The position numbers and the translations under genes are program-made. 64,000 nt of DNA from Lepidodermella squamata (lineage: Eukaryota; Animalia; Gastrotricha), in the NCBI GenBank assembly GCA_047495785.1, contig JBLDXI010000029.1, forward strand, positions 2,790,001 to 2,854,000, in the 5' to 3' direction. Below the pieces are notes generated by a model. It was not told the DNA's origin, did no database searches, and saw nothing but the letters and a program-made list of their open reading frames with translations. Positions within the stretch are counted from its first letter, which is position 1; each line of letters begins with the position of its first letter. Below, one piece after another: positions 34,640 through 48,540 of the stretch.

Positions 34640-35532
34640 CCCAGCCTATCGACCGCCAGAAACGTTTACGTTTGCCGACGACTTCAATCTCGGCGGCCCG
34701 TCAATTGAACATGTCGAGAAAGGTGAACGTCGCGCCACAGCCTGGGCGGGTTCCAATCGTGTCTCTATGGACCCCAAGAAGAGGGTCGACACAACCTTCA
34801 GCTACCCGAGATTTCGAAGTGGCAGACGGAAAGTAGGGGAAACGGCAACGCCTGAGGAACAACAACCGACTTGCGACCCGACTGTCCTACTCGGCCGCAC
34901 TCTCGACCCGGCACTCTCTATGGAGTCATGTGTGACGAAATTGGTAGCGCGAGCTAACACGATTGTGACCCAGCTGCTTCGCCTCCGCCCATTCCTAGCG
35001 CTATGGCAGCTGGGAAACGCATTCAAAACGCACGCCCTGTCAATACTTGAGTCCGGCATGATTGGCTACGCCCACGCGTCGAAAAGAACACTAGACCGCC
35101 TTCAAGCCGTCCAAGACCACTTCACTCGCCAAACAGGGGTCAAGCTAATGTCTCTGGGCGAAAGGCGATTCGTCGGCGTAATGTGCTACCTATACAAGAT
35201 CATCGTCGGCAGAAGGGGCACAAAACAAATCCGCGACCGCTTCCAGCTCACACCCAAGCGACAAAATCTCGAGAATCGGCGAAACAACATCGTTTTCAAG
35301 TCAAACTTCGCTCGCCTGTCAACGCGCATCATCCTAAAGCAACTGGCCGCGACACCGAAATATTCTCAAGATTACAAAATATCGTTACAACCTGGAACAA
35401 TTTACAAATTAACTGCTTCCCTCCAAAATTCGACATTCCCTACTTCAAACAGAAGATGAACGCTCTAGGCCTAAGTCTTTAAATATTAAAAATTGTGATG
35501 TGGCCGAATATTCTTGGTAAATAAAAAAAAAA
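34640..35532 (+). mobile_element. 5'-truncated non-LTR retrotransposon (CR1/L2-like RT C-terminus) with poly(A) tail
   Basis: FADD RT motif, LGRTLD..LS, 'L.RL..VQ..F.R', 'SL..RR...C.LYKI', and aataaaaaaaaaa at ~35520-35532. Confidence 0.85.
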
Positions 35533-37652
35533 CAGGAGGGCTAGGTTATCTGGATTTCTTTCAGCGGTACATCGTCGAAGCGATAGAGAAAATATGATTA
35601 AATAATTATCATAAATACTCATAAAGACAACAGTGGCATGTTAATGATCTCATTTTCCGCCATTTTCAGCTATCAGCAATATACTCAAGCGAAAAAAGCA
35701 ACGAAATGCCGCAATTTTGAATTGATAATTATGCTTCCAGGTGATCCTGCTTTGATTGAAACAGCAAGCGATATTATCGATCAAAATGTTCTTGGTTTTG
35801 CGAACGGTAGCGCTCTGAAATCTACCCTTGTTCGTCCTCAAATGTCGCGCTAACTAGCTTTTTCATTTGGGGATTCGACAGAGATGTCCGATGAAGATGA
35901 TGGAGATGTCCGACATATTTCGGGTTTGCAGCATATAATACGGTAGACTGACCGCGAATTAAGTCGGAAAGGTCAAGAAAAAGTGTTGTAAAAAACTGGT
36001 TGGCAGGCAAGCTTTTCATTTTTCAAGTTCAGACTTCCGTCATTGCCGCCCCAATGAGACTTTGGACTTGGAAACATTTTGAAATTCAACAGATTCTTGC
36101 TAACTTTTCGGACGCGCGATTCCTGCGTTTACTCATGACCATTACCTCGTGAAGATGAATCCTTCCTTATTCAGTTCATTCGGAACCTCGATTCATGCGG
36201 TCATTCGTGCAAAAAACTGTACCATTGATGAACGATTTTTTGACGGTCTCAGTCTTGTAATATGCCTCATTTATGGATCTCTCGAACTGTCAAGGACTGA
36301 ATATGACTGAAATAATATGGCAATCAAGGATTCCCAGGCTTAGTAGCATAATTATTGAAACAGATTCAATTTGTCGCGGTTATCTCGTGAATACAACAGC
36401 AAAAGCAAGAGCGAGCCAAATTTGACACCAAGGAGCTACGAACCAGTAGAATATTCCAACCTTTATTATGCCTTTTTGAATAAACCTTCAAGTCCACCAA
36501 CCCTTTGTTTCAGGTTAGCGAGGCGTTCGATGTTATTCGCCGTTCATCCCAGTCTTGTTCCTGCACCCTGCTATTTCAACTCACACTTGCTCGCGTATGA
36601 TAATAAGATAGAAGAGTTGTTGCTCTTAAGGATGCCACCTCGAGGCAAAAGCAGCAGTTGTTAGCTCAGTATCATATCTATAGACCATGTTATTCTTCTT
36701 GAAAATAATAGCTTATCTATTACAACAATACGTGCTTTCAAATATTAAGCCCGGCTCTTTAAATTGACTAGCCGCGTAATAATGAATGCATAAAGTCGAG
36801 AGCTTATTAACTCCATAACAACAACGTTTTGTTCAAGATATTCACTCGGCATATAGAAAAGATCTCAAAAAAGGTAAAGATGATGCTTATATGCTTATAT
36901 GATATGAAATTAAATGCATATGTCTCTGAAAGACTCAAAAATTCGAAAAGATTTTAAAAAAATATAGTATTCAAAACTGATTTGAAACGAAAGGTCGAAT
37001 TTGAAACTTTGAAATATGATACCAACTACCACGAGAGCTGCTATAGATTTCGAATGAAAACCTGAATTAATTTTTTGATATGAGCTCATAGCTAAGATTC
37101 TGGTTGTACGACGGGCCGTACGCTTAAGAAGTTATTAGACAGAATGCAGCGAACGAATTCAATTTTCTAGTCGCAGGTACTAAAAATGATAAACATGACA
37201 AAAAGCATTTCGCGGTCAATTTTTTCGCTCAACGAGGATTTCAGGAATTTCAGCGAAGCTTAGTGCACACTAAATCTATCACTCGGCGAAAGCCACTCAT
37301 GGTTGCGAAGCATCAATGGCCTAGATACTATAAGGAAAGAACATTCCCGAAGAACGAGCAAATTAGATAGCCACTATATTATCACGTGAGAATAGTGCTG
37401 ATAAAAAATATTGCTCTTAACATGTTCTACGATCATGCAAATGATAATTTTACGCCGATGGAAAGTTCGAATCCGATTCGAATTCAATTTAGAGCTTCGA
37501 TCACTTTTCCAGCTTAACAACAAAAGTATGACATGAGTCACTTTCCAGCTTATTCCATGATAATTTAAAGCATGGGGTTCAGCTTTCATTGGCCTTAACA
37601 GCACAGCGAAATATTCCGCACGGCTTTACATCCACTGAACTCCGATAAATTA

Positions 37653-38839
37653 TCAATTTTGGGAAATTGCACGCCTCGTGAATTTTCGAAAGAATTCAGG
37701 TCGCAGGCTTTGTATAATCGGCGTGATAGCCATTTGCAGCATCATCAATATGATAGCTGTTTTATGGGTCCAAGTTCGTAGAACGTACGGCCCAGCTGTA
37801 TTGTAGAATGGCAGCAAAATGACTGAAATCAGCAAAGGAACACGACAGATGGCAGAGACGACGAAAACCGCAATCGATTGCTTCACGAAGAATTTATCCA
37901 TCTCTCGCCAGTCAGCTAGACGCGGCACTTCCACAGTGACAGGCTCATTCGATGATACAGCTTGTAGGCTCAATAAGGGTGCGACCTTCGAGGCTCTGTG
38001 GAGCAGCCGAAAAACATCGCAGTAGCTCAAGCCAACTGCGATGCTGGCTGCCGAAAGAACTACCAAGCTGAAGATTATCATGAAGATCGAAGAATCAGTA
38101 TCGCCAAGCTTGTAGACAAAATTGCCACAGTAAGCCTTAGCTGTCCCATTTGCTATCTCTGGGATGCTTAAGTATCGAACATGAGTGGTTACCCAAGTTT
38201 TAGCACAGATGGATTTCCATTTCGCTCCCAAAAAATAACCAATGGAGATCAGTGTATAGGCGATGAGCTGGAAAATAAGAAATGTTAGGAAAAATGAAAG
38301 AATAATAATTAAAATATCACTCTTTTATCAAATATCGGCGTATTTGGGCTGTTCGATTTCATGCAAAGCTTCCACTCGAAGCTTATCAGCCACATCACGA
38401 AAAAACTGAATGCTGCAAACGAGAACGAAGCCCAATCAAGTTCTCTGCAATCGAATGTATCTGATTCCCAAAATCCTGTCTCGAGGGTTACGAAGCTCGA
38501 TATTGTTATAGTTAGACAGGTAAGGAAATTGCTGATTCCAAGCATGGCTGTAGGAATGCGGAAATTCAACCTAACTCGCCGTGTGTGGAAAACGATAGCA
38601 TTTGCGACTGTTGTAGCAAAAACAGCGAAAGTAAGAATGCAGAGAATGACCACGTAAGGAAGTCGTTCTTCCATTGACTTGGCATGGACATCGTGATACC
38701 AGCCGACGTGGTAAGGCCTAGGGCCGCCGAAGCCTCGGTCTGGGATATCTACCAACAACCAATCGTATTTGAGGCCAATATAAGGATTTTCCTTAAGGAA
38801 GAGTAGTCTCATCAATTCGTAATCCTCAGATTCACTCAT
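37653..38839 (-). CDS. Divergent class A (rhodopsin-like) 7TM GPCR, 2 exons, ~377 aa
   Basis: A 53-nt intron (38320-38268; GTGATA...CTAAC...TTTCCAG) joins the two ORFs in frame. Seven hydrophobic segments, ECL1 W...C, ECL2 Cys, TM6 CRVP and TM7 TPIIQ. Confidence 0.75.
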
Positions 38840-40495
38840 CGTTCTAAGTTCAAAGCAATCAGAGTTTCTGATGTAAGACGGCTAAGCAACTGTTCAAATT
38901 TCCTAATCTATAGATGAAAAGGTTCTGCAAATATGCAGTGCATGGTTGAAGCAGACAATCCTGATCAGAATATGCCAGACCTAACGACAATTTATCTATT
39001 TTAGAGATTATGAAGGTGTAGGCATCAAGCTTCCGAAAGTCGACAGCTGTTATTGATAGCTGATACGATTTTAGCGCGCGTCATCGATCTTGCTGGTCTA
39101 GCAGATTGCTAATCGTAATAACGTTAGCTGCACATAACGTGTGGCTCACTGGGAAATCAATAAAAAATAAAGCGACAAGTTGCGCAGAAATTCAAGCGAT
39201 GCAGATCTGCACTATCCTGTTTCACTGACCGCCGTGTTTTTTCTGACAAGACGGGCTACAAATAGACTAATTAGAGTGGCGCGTGTTGCCTCGACGACGC
39301 AGTTTTTGAATGTATAAAAAACTTAGCAACAACTGAAAGTTATAATAGCTTATCAGTGAGGGTAATCTGTACAGATCTTGAAAGAAGAAATATATCACTG
39401 GACGATCGTTCTCAATCGAATGCAATTGTTGTTTAAACGAATTCCCTAAACTAACCTCAATTGTTGCCTCTTCTTTGCAGCTTCGAACCTTTACCAGCCT
39501 ACCTTGGAAGAATCTTCAGGGTTCAGGTTAAGCCGCCTTCTTTACTAAGAACGCTTGTATATCGGTAATATCAGAAGTTCCGGTACTTAACATCACTCAG
39601 GATGTTAAATATCGTGGTCTCTGGCCGCCTCCAGATCAGCCAGGTCTGGAACGAAAAGTTACAGCAAAAGAGGGGTGGCGACTACAGCCTATAAATTACC
39701 AATGCTTCAACACTTTTTTCCACATTTTCGATAATTTTATAGAAAATTTCCAATTTCAAACGAAGAGTCATGAACATGAAGCGTGATAATAACATTTCTT
39801 CTGCACCTTTCACGTTAATTAATGCGATAACACGTTTTTCAACGAATTTTCAGGACTGAGTACGAATAGCAATTTTGCGTGCAGAATAGCTTGACCCTTG
39901 GACGAAATCAAAATGAAAAGGTGTTAATCTACTTTTAAAGTAATTGCTATTAGCCGAAAAGCATTCAAGTTCCAAGTATACATCGCTCGATTGGCTTTGG
40001 ATCTTGGTGTCTGAGGACAGGAAATATCTGGAAAAATTTGAATAATTCGATAAACATTGCAATTTTTTATTTTGTTTTACGAACTCTAACGATACTAAGA
40101 AAGATCTGATTCTTTTTTTTAAATCTCCAGACACAAATTTCTGACAGATATTCGAGCGATTGCTGGCAAGTCTTATTCGATGACTCTGAAAATCTGATCA
40201 ATGGTGGATATGAGAAACTAGTCAGCTTGTAATGTTCCTGTCTGAAAATGGCAATAGCTGTGAAAATCTTAAATGGACAAGTGCTGCCTGGAAGCTCAAT
40301 TTATCTGGAAGCCTAGTTTATTGAAGTTCTCGAAAACCAATGCGAATAACAATAATCAAAGCCGCCAATAAATACATACGGCTTTGAAGCGCCTTTTTAC
40401 ATGAATCGCAAATAATAAATAATTTTAATAAAGAATGGATAATAGGGAATGCCGAGGTTCGTAAATATGATGCATTCATCATCCATGTAATTCGT

Positions 40496-40554
40496 TCATC
40501 GTTTGCAAATCTGAAAATTAGTGACACCATAAGCGCTGCCTGTCGATTCGAAAG
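40496..40554 (-). pseudogene. Detached 3' end of the copy C last exon (FESTGSAYGVTNFQICKR*)
   Basis: Matches the AYG...C C-terminus of the paralogs and lies just beyond the TSD. Confidence 0.85.
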
Positions 40555-41488
40555 GGGTCTTCGACAGGCGTCGCGCAAATAAATTCAGTAAACGCGCAAA
40601 ACAGATGTGCGCAAAGTAAACAAAAGCGTCGCGCACTAGCAGAATGTGTCGCGCAGAATATTAACACCCGTCGCGCAGGATAATAACACAAGTCGCGCAA
40701 AATATAAATCACGTAGCATGCCCTTATTTCATTATTTCTCAACGTTGAAACATGAGATTTCTCGACGAAGTTGAAGAATTGATTATTGAGCTTGAACGGC
40801 TTGAACAGATGATGTAGAATTACCAACAGGTGAAATTTTTGAAGGCTACGGTGAGTTGAAAAACAACTGGCAACCTGTTTTCTCCGGGTCGTACGAGGAA
40901 GCCCAGGCTTTCCTAGGTAATAGGGGCGTATTGTTTTGGCAACGAGGCGGCGATGAGAGAAGAGGTTGCTACGTAGAATACTATGGCTGTGCCACGGGAG
41001 GGCGTCGGCTCGTATTGGATGCTAGATCACTTTTTTTTTTACTAAATTATGCGAATAGTTTAATGGAAGATAGCGGCCCAGTGGTCGACGCATTTTTTAA
41101 TTCAATTACTTGAAATTAGTCCTATAATAATATCGCATTTTGCTGATTTCTTAAAAAAAATTCTAGGATAAGTTGTAGCTGTTGATTTGTTGTTGTAGCT
41201 GTTGGTAGCACATTATACGAATAAGATAGCACCCATATAACACTACTACGATCTCAGTACGGTAATGCTACGATTAGTGCTATCAGTAGCACTACGGTGA
41301 AAAATAGACCGTAGCACGGTGCTACGGTGCTATCTTCAAAATTACGTAAAAATGGAAATTAACTAGGAAAACGCCGAAAACTTGGAAAATGCTGGCCTGG
41401 AGGTTTGTCCCAACTGCCAGAACAGAATTTACTCGCTTACTTTCAGGGTGACTCAAGTGCTGAATTCAGCCAAATAACGTAATTTGAG

Positions 41489-41754
41489 CGCAACTTCAGG
41501 CGCCCAGGGCCCCCTGACGGAGAATCCAATTGAGACAGGGTTTGGTTCGCCTGGAAGGCCGTTCCCGGGGCTTCAATCTTATTCAATTGCGTTCTGGCCG
41601 CGATACTCCGTTGGGCGCCTGGGGAAGCCCGAAATCAGCCAAAATGACCCAAAACCGCTATTCCATTCGCAACTGCAGGCGCCCAGGGCGCCCTGACGGA
41701 GAATCCAATTGAGACAGGGTTTGGTTCGCCTGGAAGGCCGTTCCCGGGGCTTCA
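41489..41754. repeat. 179-bp-period GC-rich partial tandem repeat inside the MULE
   Basis: caggcgcccagggc.ccctgacggagaatccaattgagacagggtttgg... starts at 41497 and 41676. Confidence 0.85.
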
Positions 41755-42507
41755 TTCGCAAATTGTGTGCTTAATGCTGCGGAGTTTATCGCGGGGGCAC
41801 CGTTGTTAGTTTCGCTGAGCTGAAGTCAGCTAGATGACTGAAATGTCTCAAATTCTGTCCCTCACGATCTATTCAGCGGAAATGGTGTACGAATATCCTC
41901 GCTTATCTGGGATTCTTGCCAAGTTAGTTTTCAAGCTCTTTTGACGCAGAACAGTGTGTTTAGCGCTGAATTAACTGCTTGAAATTTATGCTACGTTATT
42001 AGTGTTACTCCGTGGAACATTAATTTCTAGCGCCACGATTGTGCGAAATTTAGACGGGACAATTTGTTTAATTATTCTCAGGGTAGTTTTCTATCACCGT
42101 CATTTTTGATAATTTGAAAAGTAACGCCTTTCATCGAAATTTCGAATTTCGAAAATGCTACGGTGCGGAAAAGTGCTGCCTCAAACACGCCGTACCGGCA
42201 CCGTAGTCCACCGATAAAAACTACGATCTGCTTTACGGCGAGTGCTATTTTTTTCGACGTTTATGGCGGTGAAACGGTAGATCCGCACGGTATATTGCGC
42301 GAGTGGAATTTTCCGCATCTGGACTGGAACTTTCCGCACGATTTAAATAGGAATTATCCGCATCAGTTTTCAAATTGAGTGGAATTTTCCGCATGAAGTC
42401 AAAATTCGAAATTGAAATCCCAAGATTAATTTGAAGGGAATTTTCCGCACAACTTTTATTTTAGAGAGGAATTTTCCGCACGAGAAATTAAAGAATAAAT
42501 GCAAGTT

Positions 42508-43128
42508 TTAATCATCACAATCTGAGCTGTCCCTCATATCAGCAATAGCGCTGGCTTCATCATCAGTGCCTTCATCATCACTGGTGGCGTCAATATCGAC
42601 CTCATCGAGAATAAGTGTTTCAGGCTTCGGCTTCTTTTCCTTCAAGTCGATCAGGCAATGGGACACACTGTCGAGGAATTGAATATAGCCAAGTCGACCG
42701 TTAGCCAACTCAGCCCAGAAGGCCTTGATACGATCTGTTACGTTCTGGTATACCCTCTTCCTCGACAGCTTATAATTGGCCGCCTTTGCAAGACGAAGAC
42801 GAGTTGTTGTGATCCGGTGCTCGCGGATAAGCAAATTCGAGAATCGCCACACATTAAGGTGGACACCGTGTGCGACTTTGTTGACATGGCTGTTCCAACC
42901 TTCTACAAAGTTATTGGTGCGGAAATCATTGCCGTAGACGTTCCACGACTGCATGCCAACAGTCTCGAACCAGTAGTTATTGAAGTAGTCCAGAAATTTC
43001 GTCAATTCATCGTGGGCCGGAGCTTCATTTCGAATTTGGAAAAAGGCCGTTCGAACCAGATTGATCGGTAGCAAAGCCAGGGCCATGCACCGGCGGATCG
43101 TTTTTCGAACTAAACTACCTGGTTCCAC
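42508..43128 (-). pseudogene. MULE transposase, C-terminal fragment
   Basis: 'MALALLP', 'FLDYF.NYW', 'WNVY...RTNNFVEGWN' with the catalytic E region; the N-terminal DD part is missing. Confidence 0.88.
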
Positions 43129-43604
43129 GTATTCTCATGTTGGACTCATGTAAGGCCAGGATTTTTGATGACACGCCTGGCTTCGTCGAAACACGATCTG
43201 AAATTTAACCAACGTCTGCTGCCCCTTCGCAATCACGGTGCGGTTGTAAAACTGTAAAACTGGCGGCCGAGGCCGTAAATGTTCTTGTTGAATTCTAAAT
43301 GCGGCTCGGGTTGCTCCTGTTCCAATTGTTGGAACAATTATTTAAATAATTTGTTTAAATTTTAAATTTTAAATAATTTGTTGTGATTGCTGATAAAATT
43401 TCGATAAAATTGGGCTTGCTACGTTCTGTTTTAGCTCTGCGGCAAATTTATCTTATTGCGCGACTTTGTGATTACAAATGCGCGGCTTTTGAAGTGATGT
43501 GCGCACGGATTAATTTCTTCTGCGCGACACCTTGAATTATGTTGCGCGCGTTATTGTTTACTTTGCGCTTATTGAATTAAATTGCGCGACGTTTAGGGTT
43601 TCTC

Positions 43605-44581
43605 TCATTCGAAAGTTACTGGATTCGCCGATAGAATGTTGCAGCATTCTTGGAAAGTTTTAGCACCATAATCGCTGCCTCTGATCGGCTAAAATCGAAA
43701 ATAGACGAGGATAAATAATAAAACGAAACACTTTCGGAGCAATAGTTATTACCGTCAAACTGGTGACTGCGACATGTGTGTCGTCCGTTGCAGTTAGAGG
43801 GAAGCGCATACAATACGAAGTTGGGCCACCATTGGCGTTTGCAGCTGTGATTTTGTATGGCTTTATTGTGGGGTTTGTAGCGATGCACACCAACGTTGGT
43901 GTATTTGAAGCAAGACGCCCAGGAACGAGTTCGTAAGTGATATCATTCCATTCTTTCGCGTGTTCACAGCATGATGCAAATTCACTGTAAGTATTTGGTG
44001 AGGCGGAAGATGCCTGAAAAGAACGCAACTTATAAATCTGTTTCATTTTAGGTAAATCTTACAGTTGTGCCAGTTGAAAGTACTGAGCTGCAAGACCCAC
44101 CATTTGCTGTGCAAAATTGAACATTAGTTTTCGCAAAATCTCCTGCGCCCTGTGTCTTTGTTATCTGACACAACTTGTACGTGACCTACAACACCAATGA
44201 GTGAAATTGCGAATCTGAACAAAAAGACTCCAGACTAACAGGGTATGTGCATGCAAATCCAGAAGGGCATTGAGTTGCTGTGGTCGAAATGCAATTTTTC
44301 GTAGTGGCATCGCAGATATTTGCGGTGGGTGTGCATGACTGGCCGCTTGGGCACGAGGAGGATGGGGAGGATTCAGTTTTGGAGACGCAACTGTTTGTTG
44401 TTGAATCGCATACGTTAGCCGATGCGACACACGAAGATCCAGAGCTACACGGGTTGCTTGTCGATAAACAAGACTGGCCATTAGGGCAAGTGGCCAGGCC
44501 AAGTGCGACTGTGCTCGACGCAGGGCAAGCAGTAGCAACAGCACAGACAGTGGCCAGAACGGCAAGAATGAACGATTCCAT
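43605..44581 (-). CDS. Secreted Cys-rich family, copy C (4 exons; last exon truncated by the MULE)
   Basis: MESFILAVLATVCAVATA-CP signal peptide, in-frame exons, and a new TGA at 43607-43605 formed at the TSD/element junction. Confidence 0.85.
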
Positions 44582-47500
44582 TAGTAGTATCAGAAAGCAA
44601 TCGGCAAAACTTCGTAAAACTGTAAGAATGTTCCTGGAAAGATCTCGACAAAGCTCGAAGGTTGAAAAACTGATAGATACTCCCAGGTTTCGTCCGCTTA
44701 AATACGCTCAAATGTCTGTTGTTTTGCAACCTTCTCCCACGCGCAGCCTGTCCAGATAGCTTCCCCCTCGACCCCAGGCAACTTCAACCTCATCAACGTC
44801 CTCAACGGCCGCAACATGGCACGTTCGCGCACATGTAAAGTCCGTTTGCAACGAATGTGCTCAACGCCTATTGTCTTCAATTTTTAATGCGCATTTCGTC
44901 TGAAAAGCAAGTATTAATAATTAAAATGTAATTAATAGGTAATTAATTGGCAAAAATGGCGAGTTTTTTGTCCACGTTAAGATGTCAAGAACAAAGTTTG
45001 TTCAAGAAATAGCCAAGGAAATTCTTCACAGAATCATCTGCACAGGCCTAGCCCACGATGTCGAAGTAATTCGCCACGCACATTTTAATTTTCGGCATTG
45101 CGGCTCAGTCTTACGTCGAATCTGGGCAAATTTAATACCGAATTACTTCAATTCTATTTATATTTCTCCCCAACGTTCAAAAAAATTGGATGAGATCTGA
45201 GCTGAGATGCTTGCATTTGAAAAATTTGTGAAAAATTTGAAGTTTCACGAATTTCACGAATCTCGCTAAACCAACGTGGGTTCCTCACGTCGGCGATCGT
45301 CTACTATTTTGTTGTATCGAACATCACCGAACTGTGGTTTTCTCATATACTTTTCACAGAGCTGGAAAACCAGCACGATTTCCTACGCGCCGATTTCGAA
45401 ATTTCCTACCAAACTACCACTTCCCTCAATTTTTGGCTGTTTCATAAGCCAAAATTGCCTACTTTTCCCAAAATTTCCTACGCACCTGGTGCGTCATTTC
45501 TGCAAGTTTTCCAGCTCTGACTTTTCATTGACTTCCTCCAAATCCGGGATATTTGAAATACTGGAAATATTTGAAATATTGGAAGTGTTGGATATTTCTT
45601 GGTCAACGGCTTCAATGTAATCGAGTGCTTGAAACCGAGAATTGAACGCCGAAGAATCCATGAACCACGTTTTTATTGCCATTTTATTCGTTATCAGCCA
45701 TTATTTCACATAAATCCGAGTTTAATTATACAGCTTTATGTTTCCAGACATTTATTTTACCAGTAATCAACAGTTATATATACATGGCACGCAGGCTCAC
45801 ACACAGGCTTCAGGCTCTCAAGATTTTTCATTAGTTGCACATAAATTCCCGAATCGAGCTGGAAGCCGAATTTGAGCCATTCTAAGCTTTGGTTTGTAAG
45901 TCGCTGACTCGAGCAACCCAGCGCTACATTTGTTTATCAATCAAACGTCGCACGTCGCACTCAAGGGTACCCAAAAGGGGCGCGACAAACCTTACGCGTT
46001 TGGGGAGGGCGGCTTTTTCCGATCACTTAACAATTCCACTTGAGCCTTGAGATCAAAGCTGGGTCGAGCGGTCCAAGCATCTCACTGGCGGCGAAGAGGC
46101 ACGGGTTCAATGCCCAGAACCGCAACACCAATAATTCTTCTACGCATTGAATGCGGCGTTTCTGGGACCGTAAATCAAGCTGACCAAGGGCAATCTCGCA
46201 ATCCTCGAGTGCGTACCTGCTGGTAACACCGCCAAGCAAATCCACTCGAGACAGATAGTTGAAAAATAAGCCTTGTGATGATGTCTTATACCAAATGCTG
46301 AATGTCGAAAAGCAATTTGCATAAATAAAGAGTATGAGTATGAGAGCAGACCCTTTGGTCAGATAATTTCGGGCTGAAAATACGCCAGCGTAAACCTACA
46401 CCTCGTGGATCCTAATTCATCCATTGTATAAATATAGTATGAGAGGGTGGACTGCAACTCACCAGCGAGCAAAAACAGCTATAGCTGAATGGATGTGGTC
46501 GATTTTTGGCATTCACAACCCCCATGTTGTAGCCAATTAATGCTGGTATCAATTAGCCCGGCCAGGGTAAGGCCGTTGAAGCGAGCGTGGGCAAATAATA
46601 CACAAAATCACGTAAGACGCGATGAACTGAGTTGAAGAAAATTAACGTCATGCAATAAGTACGAAATGAGCTGGAGCTAGGCTTCTCTCTGAAGTGAGAA
46701 CAACATAATTGGAAAGCGAAGTTTTGAATGAAATTTTGAAATGAACATGTGTTATTACTGGCATGAAAACAAAGCCGGTGAAGGTTACGTATTTTCCAGC
46801 AGCATCACTTTTATGTCTAAAGGGTGAAAATGAAAGATAAAATGAAATGAAGGCAGATGGATTTAAGGAACTTGACGTTGATGTATACTAACGTTGCTGT
46901 TGGGCAGAATAACCTTATTCAAACTCGAGTTGGCATTACCTTTCTTGAGCGTGTGAACGCTAATTTATATCGCCCATTCTCTTCACTTGCGGGTGGCCGA
47001 CGGGGGTCAATACCTATTTCCTGATTTTAATCTTACTTGCAATTATGAAATTTTTTATTGTCACGCTAGTCCTTGTCTCTCCCACTTGACTATGAATGCT
47101 TATGGAAAGGCCGTAATCAAATGAAACCCCGTGAGGTTGGTCTGCTGATCTGCAAGTCTTATTAAGTCATATCGGATCGAAAAATTTCATCAAAAACTGC
47201 AATGCTTCATCCAACTACAATCACGAAAGCGATTACCGTAACCTACCGGAGTCCCACTAACAGAGAGGCATTCAGCAACGCCGATGCGGAAAAAAAATCG
47301 AAATTCGAACATTTCTGACCGATTGTATGTAAACGAAATGCCATTACCATAGTATGATCTCGGGAAATCTCAACTTTCAACTGGAATTTGTTAAATCAAG
47401 AAGGTTTCTGATGGCTTGAAAGAAGGTATTGGTGATTTTGGTCTGCATTAACTCAACATCATTACTGGACCTGCTTCAGGTTAATGCTTGCATCCCGTTT

Positions 47501-48308
47501 TGGAATAACTTCCGCAATCAAAGTAGGCAGAAAGTGGAACTGCCTTTGGTCCCAGTGATCTCTACGGAATTACTATGATTACTCGAAATGGAGGCACGCC
47601 AAGGCATATGCACATCGAGCGTCCGCGTGGTGTCGAAGCTGATATAACTGTTTAAAAGAAAACTTTGATAGCCCATGGCAAAAGTCGAAATGTTGTCTAA
47701 TAGAGGTCTCCTACGATCTTGCGCCATTAATCTTCAAGAAGCCGAATGTAAGAAGCAAACTTCGAACGGCGATGAACTCGGATCTTTCTCGCCGTCAACA
47801 CAGAAGATTTGGTCGAAAGGAGAAGATCGTAGCGCCTTTTTGTTTTAGCGAATCAATGCACTATTTTCACGATTTTGTTCCTCCGTAAAGGCAAGGCTCC
47901 CGGCTGAAATAATTATACCAAAACCATAGCCCTCGGACTATACTTTGTCCCTGATTTTCGCCGGAAAAATCTGAGGTGGAGCTAAATGCTAAATAATTGA
48001 AATTTAATTGTTAATTTCAGTGTGGAATATAGAAACTTTCAACTGCCGGGTATGAGCCAACAAAATTGCGCTCGCATGTAATATTTCATTACAGAGCAGA
48101 AACTTGCAAAATCGGGTAACCCGGTTACCGGGAAATTTCCCTACGGCGGGAAATTTCCGGGAAAAAGGAAGAAAAAACTACTAATTTCCCAGCCATTTCC
48201 CAACAAAATTTGGGTTTTCCCTGTCATTTCCCGGCGTTCCTAACACAAAAATTGACCAAAAATTTTATTCGTAAGTCTCTGTCAGAATAGCACGCGAGAT
48301 GGATGTTT

Positions 48309-48540
48309 TCATTTCATGAATGACAGCTTGACTGGTTTTTTTATTAATCTTTCCACCACTTTTGACACGAAGCGGAATTTTGATTGTTGATCATTCACTC
48401 TGAAATTCCAAGCCAAACCTCCAAATCTCACATTTAACGCTTCTCTTACGAGCCAATCACCCTCCGGGATAGGGAGCCCATTCCAGTGAATAGATACCTC
48501 TTTGGCAATACTTTCCATTTTCGCAATATTCAAGATTCAT
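48309..48540 (-). mobile_element. Possible DNA-transposase C-terminal relic (hAT-like) next to subterminal repeats at ~48110-48240
   Basis: 'IHWNG.P...LVREAL..FGG..WNF...SKVVERL' fragment, ccggttaccgggaaatttccc repeats, and an hAT-like end gtttgagaatcactg at ~48563-48577. Confidence 0.35.

Larger units (their letters stand above)
40555..43606. mobile_element. Mutator-like (MULE) DNA transposon with 9-bp TSD
   Basis: TSD attcgaaag at 40546-40554 and 43607-43615; G...C ends; imperfect long TIRs built from gtcgcgca motifs; internal MULE transposase fragment. Confidence 0.92.

Noticed and set aside
37653-37780. Opsin assignment for the GPCR
   Set aside because: The position equivalent to the retinal-binding Lys, seven residues before the TM7 Pro, is Met.
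44161-44759. Alternative-frame and antisense ORFs over the Cys-rich genes (also at copies A, B, D and E)
   Set aside because: By-products of stop-poor exon sequence; only the signal-peptide/Cys frame is conserved across paralogs.
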